This document shows positions 1 through 10,191 of a DNA stretch of 52,569 nt, in pieces. The notes under the pieces are model-generated. The model was given only the letters and a program-made list of their open reading frames with translations, was not told the origin of the DNA and searched no databases. The DNA lies in assembly GCA_016199485.1 (NCBI GenBank), contig JACQGO010000133.1:1-52569 (forward strand), read 5' to 3'. The position numbers and the translations under genes were made by a program. The stretch's first letter is position 1. The number at the start of each line of letters is the position of its first letter. The DNA is from Betaproteobacteria bacterium. Lineage in GTDB: Bacteria > Pseudomonadota > Gammaproteobacteria > Burkholderiales > SG8-41.

Positions 1-263
1 CCGGAGGCGAGCATGATTTTTCCCTTCGCGAACTTGCCGATCCGGATTTTCGGGCCCTGCAGGTCGATCAGCACGCCGACGGTGCGGCCAGCCGAACGCG
101 CGAGCGCGCGCACCATCTCCACGCGCTGCGCATGCTCTTCAGCCGTCCCGTGGGAAAAGTTCATGCGCACGACGTCGAGCCCGGCATCGATCATGCGCGC
201 CAGAGTCCTCGCGTCGCTCGACGCGGGCCCGAGCGTCGCAACGATTTTCGTCCTGCGCAACAC
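1..263 (-). CDS. pyk: Pyruvate kinase, N-terminal part (gene runs off the left edge)
   Basis: Not in the ORF track (GTG start, truncated). The reverse complement of 1-263 reads (V)LRRTKIVATLGPASSDARTLARMIDAGLDVVRMNFSHGTAEEHAQRVEMVRALARSAGRTVGVLIDLQGPKIRIGKF, the canonical pyruvate kinase N-terminus. It lies directly downstream of pgk on the same strand. Confidence 0.85.
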   Translation of the reverse strand, partial: MLRRTKIVATLGPASSDARTLARMIDAGLDVVRMNFSHGTAEEHAQRVEMVRALARSAGRTVGVLIDLQGPKIRIGKFAKGKIMLAS

Positions 264-371
264 GATTCTGTTCCGGGTTCTGCGTTCAGGAATCTGGGTC
301 GTCGGCTCGAAGGGTACCAGAAATTCGCCGCACCCGGTTTGACACGGAACGCCGGACGCGGAACCGCCGCG

Positions 372-1562
372 CTACCGCGCGGCTGCGCGCTGTTCGAGGA
401 TTTCGATCGCCGGCAGCTTCTTACCCTCGAGGAACTCGAGGAACGCGCCGCCGCCGGTGGAGATGTAGGAGATCCTGGCGGTCACGCCGTATTTCGCCAC
501 CGCCGCGAGCGTGTCGCCGCCGCCGGCGATGGAGAACGCCGTGGAGTCGGCGACCGCGCGGGCGATCGCCCGGGTGCCTTCGCCAAACTGGTCGATTTCG
601 AAAACTCCCACCGGCCCGTTCCACACGATGGTTCCGGCGTTTTGCAGCGCCGCGGCGAACGCGGCCGCGGTCTGCGGCCCGATGTCAAGGACCATGTCGT
701 CGTCCGCCACCGCGGCGGCGCTTTTTACCTCGGCATGCGCTGCGGGCGACATCTGCTTGGCGCATACCACGTCGACCGGCACCGGCACCGCGCCGCCCTT
801 CGCTTCGATGATCTCGATGATTCTCTTCGCCTCGCCGGCGAGGTCCGGTTCGGCGAGTGACCTGCCTATCCGCGCGCCCGTCGCCAGCATGAAGGTGTTC
901 GCGATTCCCCCGCCGACGATCAGTTGATCCACCTTCTCGGCCAGCGCAGCGAGGATGGTGAGCTTGGTCGAGACCTTCGAGCCCCCGACGATCGCGACGA
1001 GGGGGCGCGCCGGTTGCTCGAGCGCCCGCGACAATGCCTCGACCTCCGCTGCCATCAGCGGTCCCGCGCACGCCACTTTCGCATACTTGGCGATGCCGTG
1101 CGTGGTCGCCTCCGCGCGGTGCGCGGTCCCGAATGCATCGTTGACATAGACGTCGCACAGCCCCGCCATCTTCCGGGCGAGGGCGTCGTCGTTCTTCTTC
1201 TCGCCCTTGTTGAAACGGCAGTTCTCGAGCAGCACCACCTCCTCGGCCGGCACCTCCACGCCGTCGAGCCACTCACGCTTGAGCGCTACCTCTCTGCCGA
1301 GCAGCTTCGAGAGATGTCTCGCCACCGGCGCGAGCGACTCGCTTTCTTCGAACACGCCCTCCTTGGGGCGGCCCAGGTGCGACACCAGCATCACCCGCGC
1401 GCGCTGCGTAAGCGCGCGCCTGATCCCCGGCAATGCGGCGCGGATGCGCGTGTCGTCTGCCACCGCACCGTCTTTCAGCGGAACATTGAAGTCCACGCGC
1501 ATCAGGACCCGCTTCCCGCGCAGGTCGAGGTCGGTCATCTTGAGGAAGCTCATTTTGTTCAC
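372..1562 (-). CDS. pgk: Phosphoglycerate kinase
   Basis: 396 aa ORF. The N-terminus [16 protein letters not shown] and overall length are typical of PGK. It sits in a tkt-gap-pgk-pyk cluster. Confidence 0.96.
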   Translation of the reverse strand: MNKMSFLKMTDLDLRGKRVLMRVDFNVPLKDGAVADDTRIRAALPGIRRALTQRARVMLVSHLGRPKEGVFEESESLAPVARHLSKLLGREVALKREWLDGVEVPAEEVVLLENCRFNKGEKKNDDALARKMAGLCDVYVNDAFGTAHRAEATTHGIAKYAKVACAGPLMAAEVEALSRALEQPARPLVAIVGGSKVSTKLTILAALAEKVDQLIVGGGIANTFMLATGARIGRSLAEPDLAGEAKRIIEIIEAKGGAVPVPVDVVCAKQMSPAAHAEVKSAAAVADDDMVLDIGPQTAAAFAAALQNAGTIVWNGPVGVFEIDQFGEGTRAIARAVADSTAFSIAGGGDTLAAVAKYGVTARISYISTGGGAFLEFLEGKKLPAIEILEQRAAAR

Positions 1563-1586
1563 GGTGAAAAGCGAAACGTGATTCGA

Positions 1587-2600
1587 CTACCGTGCATTCA
1601 TCAGGGCGACCGTGACATCGAGCATCCTGTTGCTGAAACCCCACTCGTTGTCATACCAGGCGAGGGCTTTGACCAGCGTGCCGCCGGTCACCTTGGTGAG
1701 CGTCGCATCGAAAATGCTCGACGCCGCACTGTGGTTGAAGTCGACGGATACCAGCGGCGCCTTGCTGTACTCGAGCACGCCTTTGAGGTCCCCTTCCGCT
1801 GCGCCCTTCATCACCGCGTTCACTTCGTCCACCGAGGTGGCACGCCTGGCAGCGAACGTCAGATCGACGAGCGAAACGTTGATGGTCGGCACCCGCACCG
1901 CGAAACCGTCGAGCTTGCCGTTGAGTTCCGGCAGCACCAGCCCCACCGCCGCCGCGGCCCCGGTCTTGGTCGGGATCATCGACATGGCGGCCGCGCGCGC
2001 GCGCCGCAGGTCCTCGTGGTAGACATCGGTGAGCACCTGGTCGTTGGTGTAGGCGTGAACCGTGGTCATCAGCCCTTGCACCACGCCGATCTTCTCGTGC
2101 AGCGCCTTGACCATCGGCGCGAGACAGTTCGTCGTGCACGAGGCGTTCGAAATCACCGCGTGGCTCGATTTCAACGTCCGGTGATTGACGCCGTAGACCA
2201 CCGTCGCGTCGATGTCCTTGCCGCCGGGCGCGGAGATGATCACCTTCTTCGCGCCCGCCTTGATATGCGCGGACGCCTTCTCCTTGCTGGTGAAAAGCCC
2301 CGTGCACTCGAGCACGACATCCACGCCGAGCGCACCCCACGGCAGCTCCGCCGGATTGCGCACCGCGAGCACCTTGATGCGCTCGCCGTTGACCACGATC
2401 GCGTCGCCGTCGACTTCGACGCGCCCCGGGAACCTGCCGTGCGCGGTGTCGTAGCGCGTGAGGTGCGCGTTGATCTCGGCGTCGCCGAGGTCGTTGACCG
2501 CGACGATCTCGATATCGTGCTTCTTGCCGCCCTCATGGTGCGCGCGCAGGATGTTGCGGCCGATGCGGCCATAACCGTTGATCGCGACTTTGATTGCCAT
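1587..2600 (-). CDS. gap: Glyceraldehyde-3-phosphate dehydrogenase
   Basis: 337 aa. Contains the NAD-binding [10 protein letters not shown] motif and the active-site [12 protein letters not shown] motif. Confidence 0.97.
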   Translation of the reverse strand: MAIKVAINGYGRIGRNILRAHHEGGKKHDIEIVAVNDLGDAEINAHLTRYDTAHGRFPGRVEVDGDAIVVNGERIKVLAVRNPAELPWGALGVDVVLECTGLFTSKEKASAHIKAGAKKVIISAPGGKDIDATVVYGVNHRTLKSSHAVISNASCTTNCLAPMVKALHEKIGVVQGLMTTVHAYTNDQVLTDVYHEDLRRARAAAMSMIPTKTGAAAAVGLVLPELNGKLDGFAVRVPTINVSLVDLTFAARRATSVDEVNAVMKGAAEGDLKGVLEYSKAPLVSVDFNHSAASSIFDATLTKVTGGTLVKALAWYDNEWGFSNRMLDVTVALMNAR

Positions 2601-2678
2601 CGGATTCCTCCCGGACGAAAAAGCGTTATCTTACCGCTCGAGCCCGCGGCAAGCGAAAACAGTAGTTTAGGCCGGCCC

Positions 2679-4676
2679 TCAGCGCGAGATCACGCGCTTC
2701 ACCGCGTTTGCCACGTTGACCGCGGTAAACCCGAAATACCTGAAAAGCTCTGCGCCCGGGGCCGACTCGCCGAAGCGGTCGATCCCGACCACCGCCCCGT
2801 CGAGCCCGACGTACTTGCGCCAGTAGTCACTCGCGCCCGCCTCCACCGCGACGCGCGGCACGCCGCGCGCAAGCACGCCCGCGCGGTAAGCCTCGTCCTG
2901 GCGGTCGAACACGCTGGTCGAGGGCATCGACACCACCCGCGCCGCGATCCCCTCTTCGGCGAGCAACCTCTGTGCACCGAGCGCAAGCTGGACCTCGGAA
3001 CCGGTGGCGATCAGCACGCAGCGCGGACTCCCGCCTGCCGCCTCGGAGAGTACGTAACCACCGCGCGGGATCGCGGCAATCTGCCGCGCCTCGCGCTTCT
3101 GGAACGGCACATTCTGGCGCGTGAGCAGCAGGCTCGTCGGCCCGTCCTTGCGCTCGATCGCGGCCACCCACGCCGCGGCAGATTCCACCGCGTCGCACGG
3201 TCGCCACACGTCCATGTTGGGTATGAGCCGCAAGCTCGCGGCGTGCTCGACCGGCTGGTGCGTAGGACCGTCCTCGCCGAGCCCGATCGAATCGTGGGTC
3301 AGCACGTAGATCGCGCGGATTTTCATCAGCGCCGAGAGCCGCAACGCGCTGCGCGCGTAGTCCGAAAAAACCAGGAAGGTGGCGCCGTACGGGATGAGGG
3401 CGCCGTGCAGGCTGATCCCGTTCACGATCGCCGCCATCGCGAGCTCGCGCACGCCGAAATAGATGTAGTTGCCGCCGTCGACCTTGCTCACCGGGCGTGA
3501 TCCGGACCACACCGTGAGATTCGACCAGGCGAGATCAGCCGAGCCGCCGACGAGCTCCGGAAGCACCGGCGCGAGCCCTTCGATCGCATTCTGCGAAGCC
3601 TTGCGCGTCGCGATCGTCTCCGCCGCTTCATCGACCTTGGCGACAAAGGCGTCGCGGTGCGCGCGCCAGTTCGCCGGCAACTCGCCCGCGATGCGGCGCC
3701 TGAGCTCCACGGCGAGGTCGGGACAGGCCGCCTCGTAGGCGATGAACTTCCTGTTCCATTTCGCTTCCAGCGCCGCGCCCCGGGCGCGCGCATCCCACCG
3801 CTCGTAGACGTGCCGCGGGATCTCAAACGGCCCGTAGTTCCAGTTCAGGCTGCCGCGCGTCGCGGCGACCTCGGTTTCGCCCAGCGGCGCGCCGTGCGCC
3901 TCGTGCGTGCCGGCCTTGTTCGGCGCACCCTTTGCGATGACGGTCTTGCAGCAGATCAGCGACGGGCGCGCCGTCTCCGCCTTCGCAGCGATGAGCGCGC
4001 GTTCCACGGCGTCGAAGTCATGGCCGTCGACGTTCGGCACCACGTGCCAGCCGCAGGCCTCGAAGCGCCTCGGCGTGTCGTCGGTGAACCAGCCGCTCAC
4101 TTTCCCGTCGATCGAGATGCCGTTGTCGTCGTAGATCGCGATCAGCTTGCCGAGCCCCAGCGTGCCGGCGAGCGAGCACGCCTCTTGCGAAATGCCTTCC
4201 ATCAGGCAGCCGTCGCCGACGAACACGTAGGTGTGGTGGTTGATGATCTCAAAACCGTCGCGGTTGAACTCGGTGGCGAGGATCTTCTCCGCGAGCGCCA
4301 TCCCCACCGCGTTGGCGAGCCCCTGGCCGAGCGGGCCGGTCGTGGTCTCGACGCCCGGCGCACAGCCGTACTCGGGATGTCCCGGCGTCCTCGAGTGCAG
4401 CTGCCGGAAGCGCTTCAGCTCCTCGAGCGGCAGGTCGTAGCCGGTGAGATGGAGCAGCGCGTAGAGCAGCATCGAACCGTGGCCGTTGGAGAGCACGAAG
4501 CGGTCGCGGTCGAACCATTTGGGGTTGGCGGGATTGTGCCGCAGGTGATGGTTCCACAGCACCTCCGCGATCTCCGCCATGCCCATCGGCATGCCGGGGT
4601 GCCCGGAACCGGCTTTTTGCACGGCGTCCATGGCCAGCGCGCGCAACGCGTCGGCCAGTTCGACTCGGGAACTCAT
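2679..4676 (-). CDS. tkt: Transketolase
   Basis: The ORF track gives 2679-4727. The likely start is the ATG at 4676 ([12 protein letters not shown]...), preceded by AAGGA. Contains GSGHPG and the GDGCLMEG thiamine-diphosphate motifs. Confidence 0.95.
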   Translation of the reverse strand: MSSRVELADALRALAMDAVQKAGSGHPGMPMGMAEIAEVLWNHHLRHNPANPKWFDRDRFVLSNGHGSMLLYALLHLTGYDLPLEELKRFRQLHSRTPGHPEYGCAPGVETTTGPLGQGLANAVGMALAEKILATEFNRDGFEIINHHTYVFVGDGCLMEGISQEACSLAGTLGLGKLIAIYDDNGISIDGKVSGWFTDDTPRRFEACGWHVVPNVDGHDFDAVERALIAAKAETARPSLICCKTVIAKGAPNKAGTHEAHGAPLGETEVAATRGSLNWNYGPFEIPRHVYERWDARARGAALEAKWNRKFIAYEAACPDLAVELRRRIAGELPANWRAHRDAFVAKVDEAAETIATRKASQNAIEGLAPVLPELVGGSADLAWSNLTVWSGSRPVSKVDGGNYIYFGVRELAMAAIVNGISLHGALIPYGATFLVFSDYARSALRLSALMKIRAIYVLTHDSIGLGEDGPTHQPVEHAASLRLIPNMDVWRPCDAVESAAAWVAAIERKDGPTSLLLTRQNVPFQKREARQIAAIPRGGYVLSEAAGGSPRCVLIATGSEVQLALGAQRLLAEEGIAARVVSMPSTSVFDRQDEAYRAGVLARGVPRVAVEAGASDYWRKYVGLDGAVVGIDRFGESAPGAELFRYFGFTAVNVANAVKRVISR

Positions 4677-4792
4677 CGAGTGGTCCTTGACGGGAATATC
4701 ACGACTCGGGGAGGGCATCATTATCATCCAAACCGCCCGCTTTGACTACCTGAACACGGCGCGAAGCGGCAGTGCGCGCTTCGCCACGCCGT

Positions 4793-6052
4793 TCATTCCT
4801 CGTCTTTGCGCGTGAGCTTGACGCCGAGCTGCTTCAGCTTGCGGTAGAGGTGCGTGCGCTCGAGGCCGACGGTTTCGGCGACCCGGCTCATGTTCCCGCC
4901 CTCCCTCGCGATGTGGTGCTCGAAATAGACGCGCTCGAACGCGTCGCGCGCCTCTCGCAGCGGAAGGTCGAGCGGCAGGTCGAGCGCGGGCGGCGCCGGC
5001 TGCCGCACCGGGGCCGACAGCGCCTGGTTCACCTCCTCGGGGGTGACCTGCTCGGACGACGCAGTGAGCGCGAGGCCCCTCACCACGCTCTCGAGCTGCG
5101 CCAGGTTGCCCGGCCAGTCGTAGTTGCGCAACGCGTTCAGCGCCGCGGTGGTGAACTGCCGGGGCGGGGACTGCTTGGTCTCGACCAGCCGCAGCAGCAT
5201 GAGGTTTGCCAGGTCCGGGACATCCTCGCAGTGCTCACGCAGGCTCGGCACGCGGATGGTGACGCCGGTGAGCACGCTGTAGAGCCGCGCGTCGAACGCT
5301 CCTTGCGCCACCAGCTCGGGCAGCGAGCGGCAGGCGGCGGAGACGAGCCGCACGTTGAACTTGTCGAGTTTGCCCGCCAGCAGCGCGAGCCCCTTCTGCT
5401 CAACGCGCGAGAGCTCGCCGACGTCGTACAGGAACAGCGTGCCGTCGCGCGCCTGGCCGAGAAGCTCGAGCGGCTTCTCTGCGAGCTGATTGTGATTGTC
5501 AGGCGCGACCCACGGTGTGTTGCGCTGGTGCAGAAAACGCGCGCACAGCTCCGCGCCGCAGCCCGGCTCGCCGACGAGCAGCACCGGCGCCTTCAGCCCC
5601 ATCGCGCGCTCGAGGCGCTGCTTGAGCTCGGCGATCGCTGGCGCACGCCCCAGGCTCGGGAGCGCGAGCGCCGGCTGCGGCTGTTGCTCGCCGTGCTTCA
5701 ACGCGCGCCCCACCGTGGTGAGCAGCTTCTGCAGCGCGATCGGCTTCTCCAGAAAGTCATACGCGCCGAGCCGCGTCGCCTCGACCGCCGTGTCGATCGT
5801 GCCGTGGCCGGACATCATCACCACCGGCATCGTGAGCAACCCCGCGGCGGCCCACTCCTTGAGCAGCGTGATGCCGTCGGTGTCGGGCATCCAGATGTCG
5901 AGCAGCACCAAGTCGGGGCGCGCGCGGGTGCGGAACGCGCGCGCCTCGCTCGCGTTTTGCGCCAGCCGCACCTGGTACCCCTCGTCCGAGAGGATTTCCG
6001 AGAGCAGCTCCCGGATGCCTACTTCATCGTCAACGACCAGAATCTGATGCAT
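4793..6052 (-). CDS. ntrX: NtrX-type response regulator (receiver + degenerate AAA+ + C-terminal HTH)
   Basis: 419 aa. Receiver domain (VVDDE...LLDIWMPDTDG). The central domain has the Walker-A-like GEPGCGAE with no lysine, and I see no GAFTGA loop. The C-terminus has a Fis-type HTH (GNMSRVAETVGLERTHLYRKLKQLG). It lies downstream of ntrY. Confidence 0.8.
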   Translation of the reverse strand: MHQILVVDDEVGIRELLSEILSDEGYQVRLAQNASEARAFRTRARPDLVLLDIWMPDTDGITLLKEWAAAGLLTMPVVMMSGHGTIDTAVEATRLGAYDFLEKPIALQKLLTTVGRALKHGEQQPQPALALPSLGRAPAIAELKQRLERAMGLKAPVLLVGEPGCGAELCARFLHQRNTPWVAPDNHNQLAEKPLELLGQARDGTLFLYDVGELSRVEQKGLALLAGKLDKFNVRLVSAACRSLPELVAQGAFDARLYSVLTGVTIRVPSLREHCEDVPDLANLMLLRLVETKQSPPRQFTTAALNALRNYDWPGNLAQLESVVRGLALTASSEQVTPEEVNQALSAPVRQPAPPALDLPLDLPLREARDAFERVYFEHHIAREGGNMSRVAETVGLERTHLYRKLKQLGVKLTRKDEE

Positions 6053-6141
6053 ATCCCACCAACGCGCGGGCGCGGCTCGCCCTTGCGCGGCCGCGCCGCG
6101 CGCTATCGATTTTAGCCGAACCCCGCGTCCACCTGCACCCC

Positions 6142-8340
6142 CTATACCTCGGCCGCGCTCCTGCTGACGACGCCCTGCGTCGCCGCAATCGGCAGCGTAA
6201 CGGTAACCCGCGCGCCGTGCGGCGCGACATTCTCGATGCGCGCGTTCCCGTGGTGCTCTTCCACGATTTTCTTCACGATGGAAAGCCCGAGCCCCGTGCC
6301 CTTCGGCTTGGTTGTGACGTAAGGCTCGAATGCGCGCTTCATCAGTTGCTCGGGAAACCCGCTGCCATTGTCGGTGATGGAGAGCTGCAACGCATCGCCC
6401 GCGGCTTCGGTGCGGACCACGATCGCCGGGGCCGCGGCCTCCACCAGCGCGTCCTGCGCGTTCTGCAGCAGATTGTGGATGACCTGCCGCAGTTGCGCGG
6501 CATCGCCCACGGTCTGCGGAAGCTCGTGCCCAAGTTCGAGCCTGATGCTCGAGCCGAGCGACTCATAGAGCGTGAGCACCTCGCGTACCAGGACGTTGAG
6601 GTCGAGCGCGCGCATCGCCGGCTCCGGCGTGCGCGCATACTGGCTGAAAGCATCGACCATGCGCTTGAGCGCCGTGACCTGGTTGACGATGGTCTGCGTC
6701 GAGCGTGCGAGAATTTCCGCCTCCCCCGGCGTGAGTTTGGGCGCGAGCTTCAGCTGCAGCCGCTCCGCGGAGAGCTGTATCGGGGTGAGCGGATTCTTGA
6801 TCTCGTGGGCAAGGCGCCGCGCCACCTCGGCCCACGCGGCGTCGCGCTGCGCCTGGAGCAGGTGCGTCACATCGTCGAACACCACAACGTAGCCCGCTTC
6901 GGCGCCGGCCGGCAGCCGCGTGCCGCGGATCAGCAATACCTGAGGGCCGCGTGCATCGGTGCGCTCGACCTGCTTTTCCCATTCCTTGTCGGCGGCGGCG
7001 AACCCCGTGCCGATCGCGTGGGCGAACTCGGCGAGCTGCCGCGCACCCTCTGCCCAGTGCGCCAGCCCGCGATCGATGAGCGGCGTGAGGTCGACCCCGA
7101 GGATGTTTCCCGCGCTGCGGTTCGCCGCGCGCAGCCTGAGCTCGGCGTCGAACGCGAGCACGCCCGTCGACAGGTTCGCGAGTATGCTCTCGAGGTAGGC
7201 CTTGGCCTGCGCGACCTGCGCCTGGTTGCGCTCGGCCTGCGCGCGTGCCTCCCCGAGCTGCTGCGTCATGCGGTTGAACGACTGGGTGAGCATGCCGAGC
7301 TCGTCGCCGCTCGCGACCTGCTCGCGCTGGCTGAAGTCGCCGCTCGCCACCGCGCGCGTGCCTTCGGCGAGGATGTTGAGCGGCGCCGAAAGCCGGTCGG
7401 AGAGCAGGAACGCGAGCGCCAGCGCCGAGAGCAGCGCGAGCAGCAGGGTGAGGGTAAGGGTGAGCCCGAACAGCCGCTTCAGGCCCAGGCGCGAGAGCGT
7501 GAGCTCCTGGTACTCGCGGTAGCCGGCCTGCACCAGCTCCGCGTCGTGCGCGAGCTGCGACGGCACCGGATGCAGCAGCTGCAGCACGCGCGGTTCCTCG
7601 GACAGGCTCAGCACGTTGACCGGCACCAGCACGCGCAGGAACAGCCCCCTGTCAGGAACCGCTTCGATTGCACTGTAGGGCTGCTGCAGCCTGAGCTGGC
7701 GCAGCGCGAGCGCGCCCGGCAGGTCCGGCATGAGCCCGACGCGCTCGCTGCCGGAGAAAACGATGAGCTTGCCGCGCTGGCTGAATAGCGCCGCCTCCTG
7801 CACGCCCGCCTGCTCGCGCGCCGCGTTGAGCGCCGCGAGGTGCTCGGAGAGCGGCCGCACTGATAGCGAGACGGCCATTGCCTCGGCTTTCTTGGTGAGG
7901 TCCTTCAGCATGTTGTCGAGCGCGCCGCGCCCGAGGTTCAGGCCCCCCTCGAGCGCCTTGTCCACGTGCACGTCGAACCACGACTCGATGCTCTTTGCCA
8001 GGAACTGCACCGACACCGCGTAGACCACCGCGCCGGGCAGCACCGCGACCAGCGCGAACAGCAGCACCAGCCGCAGCGTGAGCTTGGAGCCGAACACGCG
8101 GGCCTTGAGCTTGCGCCGCAGCGTGACCAGCTGGAACACGACGAGCGCTGCGAGCCCCACGGTGAGCGCGCCGTTGAGCGCAAGCAGCAGCGGGTAATGC
8201 CGCGCGAACAGCGCGGTGTTGGCGCTCGCCGTAGCGAGCAAATAGAGCGCCACTGCGCTCAGGCCAGAGCACAGGATGAGGAGATACTTCACCGCAGCGC
8301 TGGTGAGCGCGGAACGGTGCCGGGCAGGCGCTTGCTTCAT
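6142..8340 (-). CDS. ntrY: NtrY-type sensor histidine kinase (TM-HAMP-PAS-HisKA-HATPase)
   Basis: The ORF track gives 6142-8382. The preferred start is the ATG at 8340 (MKQAPARHRS...), which overlaps the upstream stop as ATGA. Contains the H-box HEIKNPLTPIQLSAERL, the G-box DNGSGF...GTGLGLS, and N-terminal TM helices. Confidence 0.88.
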   Translation of the reverse strand: MKQAPARHRSALTSAAVKYLLILCSGLSAVALYLLATASANTALFARHYPLLLALNGALTVGLAALVVFQLVTLRRKLKARVFGSKLTLRLVLLFALVAVLPGAVVYAVSVQFLAKSIESWFDVHVDKALEGGLNLGRGALDNMLKDLTKKAEAMAVSLSVRPLSEHLAALNAAREQAGVQEAALFSQRGKLIVFSGSERVGLMPDLPGALALRQLRLQQPYSAIEAVPDRGLFLRVLVPVNVLSLSEEPRVLQLLHPVPSQLAHDAELVQAGYREYQELTLSRLGLKRLFGLTLTLTLLLALLSALALAFLLSDRLSAPLNILAEGTRAVASGDFSQREQVASGDELGMLTQSFNRMTQQLGEARAQAERNQAQVAQAKAYLESILANLSTGVLAFDAELRLRAANRSAGNILGVDLTPLIDRGLAHWAEGARQLAEFAHAIGTGFAAADKEWEKQVERTDARGPQVLLIRGTRLPAGAEAGYVVVFDDVTHLLQAQRDAAWAEVARRLAHEIKNPLTPIQLSAERLQLKLAPKLTPGEAEILARSTQTIVNQVTALKRMVDAFSQYARTPEPAMRALDLNVLVREVLTLYESLGSSIRLELGHELPQTVGDAAQLRQVIHNLLQNAQDALVEAAAPAIVVRTEAAGDALQLSITDNGSGFPEQLMKRAFEPYVTTKPKGTGLGLSIVKKIVEEHHGNARIENVAPHGARVTVTLPIAATQGVVSRSAAEV

Positions 8341-8870
8341 GGCGTCACCGTCCAGCGGTACCAGTCGGATCCGATGTTCCATTCACGCGAGCCGAACGCG
8401 CTGATCTGGAACGGCTTGGGCAGCCGCGAGACGTCGAGCCGCATGCGCAGCGCCGCGGTGTACGCGGTGTCCCTCTTGAGCACGCCGGCCTCCGCTACGG
8501 GGCGGCTTCGCACCCGGCTGATGAAATACAGCGCCTCGGCGAGCGTGTTGAAATTGCTGGAGAGCGCGCCGATACCGACGCGGTACTGGCGCGTCAGGGG
8601 GTGGAAGGACAGCCGGTAGTGGTGCTCCGAGTTGGCGATCGTCTCGTTGAACCAGTACCAGCGCGGACGGATCAGCTCGAATTCCTGCACGAAGTGGAGC
8701 GCCACGCCTTTCTTGAGCACGTCCTCCAGCGTGGCATTGAGCGCGACGTCAAAATCAGCTTCCAGATAATAGCCGTCTTCGGCCATCGCGAGGCGCGCCT
8801 GCTTCACCTCGATGCCCTCAGCGCGCGCGGCGAGCGGCAGCGCGATGAGCAGCCACAGCGCGGCCACCAT
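8337..8870 (-). CDS. DUF4390-like secreted protein of unknown function
   Basis: This is the C-terminal 177 aa of track ORF 8337-9464. It starts at the ATG at 8870 with a signal-peptide-like MVAALWLLIALPLAARA. The remaining upstream part of that ORF overlaps rsmB out of frame. Its stop TGA overlaps the ntrY ATG. The family assignment is from memory of the rsmB-DUF4390-ntrYX neighbourhood and was not computed. Confidence 0.7.
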   Translation of the reverse strand: MVAALWLLIALPLAARAEGIEVKQARLAMAEDGYYLEADFDVALNATLEDVLKKGVALHFVQEFELIRPRWYWFNETIANSEHHYRLSFHPLTRQYRVGIGALSSNFNTLAEALYFISRVRSRPVAEAGVLKRDTAYTAALRMRLDVSRLPKPFQISAFGSREWNIGSDWYRWTVTP

Positions 8871-8880
8871 ACGGAAGAGG

Positions 8881-10191
8881 TCACCTCTTCTGCAGCAGCG
8901 CATAGAAAAAACCATCATGCTGTTCGTCCGGAAGCAGTTGACCCGTCGGCCGCTCCTTGTGCGCTTCGAAACCGGACAGGTCGAGGAGCCTCGCGTCGCG
9001 GTGCCGCTCCACGAACTGGGCGACCTGTTGCCGGTTTTCCTCACCGAACACCGAGCACGTCGCGTACAGCAATTTACCACCACCCACGAGCAACTGCCAT
9101 AACGCTTCCAGCATCGCGCGTTGGGTTGCCGCGAACTGCGCGATGTCGCTTTCGCGTCGCAGCCACTTGATATCCGGATGGCGGCGCACCACGCCGGAGG
9201 CCGAGCACGGCACATCGGCGAGAATCCGATCGTAGGGCCGCCCGTCCCACCAGTCGCACCCGCGGGCGTCGCCGCACCCGATGCGCGCATCGAGCTTGAG
9301 CCGCGCGAGGTTCGCGCGCACGCGCTCCAGCCGTGTCGCATCGCTGTCGAGCGCCGTGAGCTCGACCGCCGCGAGCTCCAGGATGTGCGCGGTCTTGCCG
9401 CCGGGCGCGGCGCAGGCATCGAGCACGCGCATGCCGTCGCGCACCTCGAGCAGCGGCGCCGCAAGCTGCGCCGCGGCGTCCTGCACCGACACCAGGCCTT
9501 CGCTGAACCCGGGTATGCGCTCGATCGGGAGCGGGGTGGCGAGCGTGAGCGCGGACTCCCCGCTCACGCTCGCCCCGATGCCCCGCGCCGCGAGCAGCGC
9601 CCGATACCCCTCGCGCGCGATCGCCCGGCGATTCACGCGCAGGGTGAGCGGGGGGTGCGTGTTGCCGGCCTCGAGAATCGCGCGGAAGGTTTCTGGATAT
9701 TCGCGCTTCAGCTTGTCGATCCACCACCGCGGATACGAGTAGCGCGCCGCCTCATCCCGGTCGACGCGCGCGAGCAGCGTCTCGCGGCGGCGCAGGAAGT
9801 TGCGCAGCACCGCGTTGACGAGCCCCTTGGCCGCCGCGCGCCGCACCCGCGCGCAGCCCGCCACCGCGTGGTCAACGACCGCATAATGCGCGCTCTTGCC
9901 GTATGCGAGCTGATAGAGCGCAACGAGCAGCAGGTGCCGTATCGCGGCGTCGGAGAGCGGGTTGTCAAGCAGGGCGCCGAGGATCGCCTCGAGCCGCGCG
10001 AGAAACCGCAGCGTGCCGTAGGCGAGATCCTGGATCGCTGCGCGCTCGCGCGCCGTGAGCCGGGGCTGCCGGGTAACGAGCGCCGGCAGCACCTCGCCCA
10101 AGCTGCGGCCCGCGCGGACTTCGCCGACCGCCTGCGCTGCAAGCCGCTGAATCTCGACCACGTCAGTCGCCGAAGCGCTCGCCCGGCGCAA
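8881..10191 (-). CDS. rsmB: 16S rRNA (cytosine967-C5)-methyltransferase
   Basis: 436 aa. Contains the SAM motif CAAPGGKT and the catalytic PCSASGVVRRHPDIKW. An alternative GTG start at 10161 lies just after the fmt stop. Confidence 0.93.
   Translation of the reverse strand: MRRASASATDVVEIQRLAAQAVGEVRAGRSLGEVLPALVTRQPRLTARERAAIQDLAYGTLRFLARLEAILGALLDNPLSDAAIRHLLLVALYQLAYGKSAHYAVVDHAVAGCARVRRAAAKGLVNAVLRNFLRRRETLLARVDRDEAARYSYPRWWIDKLKREYPETFRAILEAGNTHPPLTLRVNRRAIAREGYRALLAARGIGASVSGESALTLATPLPIERIPGFSEGLVSVQDAAAQLAAPLLEVRDGMRVLDACAAPGGKTAHILELAAVELTALDSDATRLERVRANLARLKLDARIGCGDARGCDWWDGRPYDRILADVPCSASGVVRRHPDIKWLRRESDIAQFAATQRAMLEALWQLLVGGGKLLYATCSVFGEENRQQVAQFVERHRDARLLDLSGFEAHKERPTGQLLPDEQHDGFFYALLQKR

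Noticed and set aside
924-3500. 858-aa plus-strand ORF spanning pgk, gap and tkt
   Set aside because: It lies antisense to three unmistakable conserved genes. Its translation is Arg/His/Ala/Gly/Pro-rich low complexity with no motifs. This is a typical shadow ORF of high-GC DNA.
8871-9464. N-terminal 198-aa extension of track ORF 8337-9464
   Set aside because: It overlaps rsmB in another frame and is Arg/Cys/Ser-rich. The real gene starts at the signal peptide at 8870.
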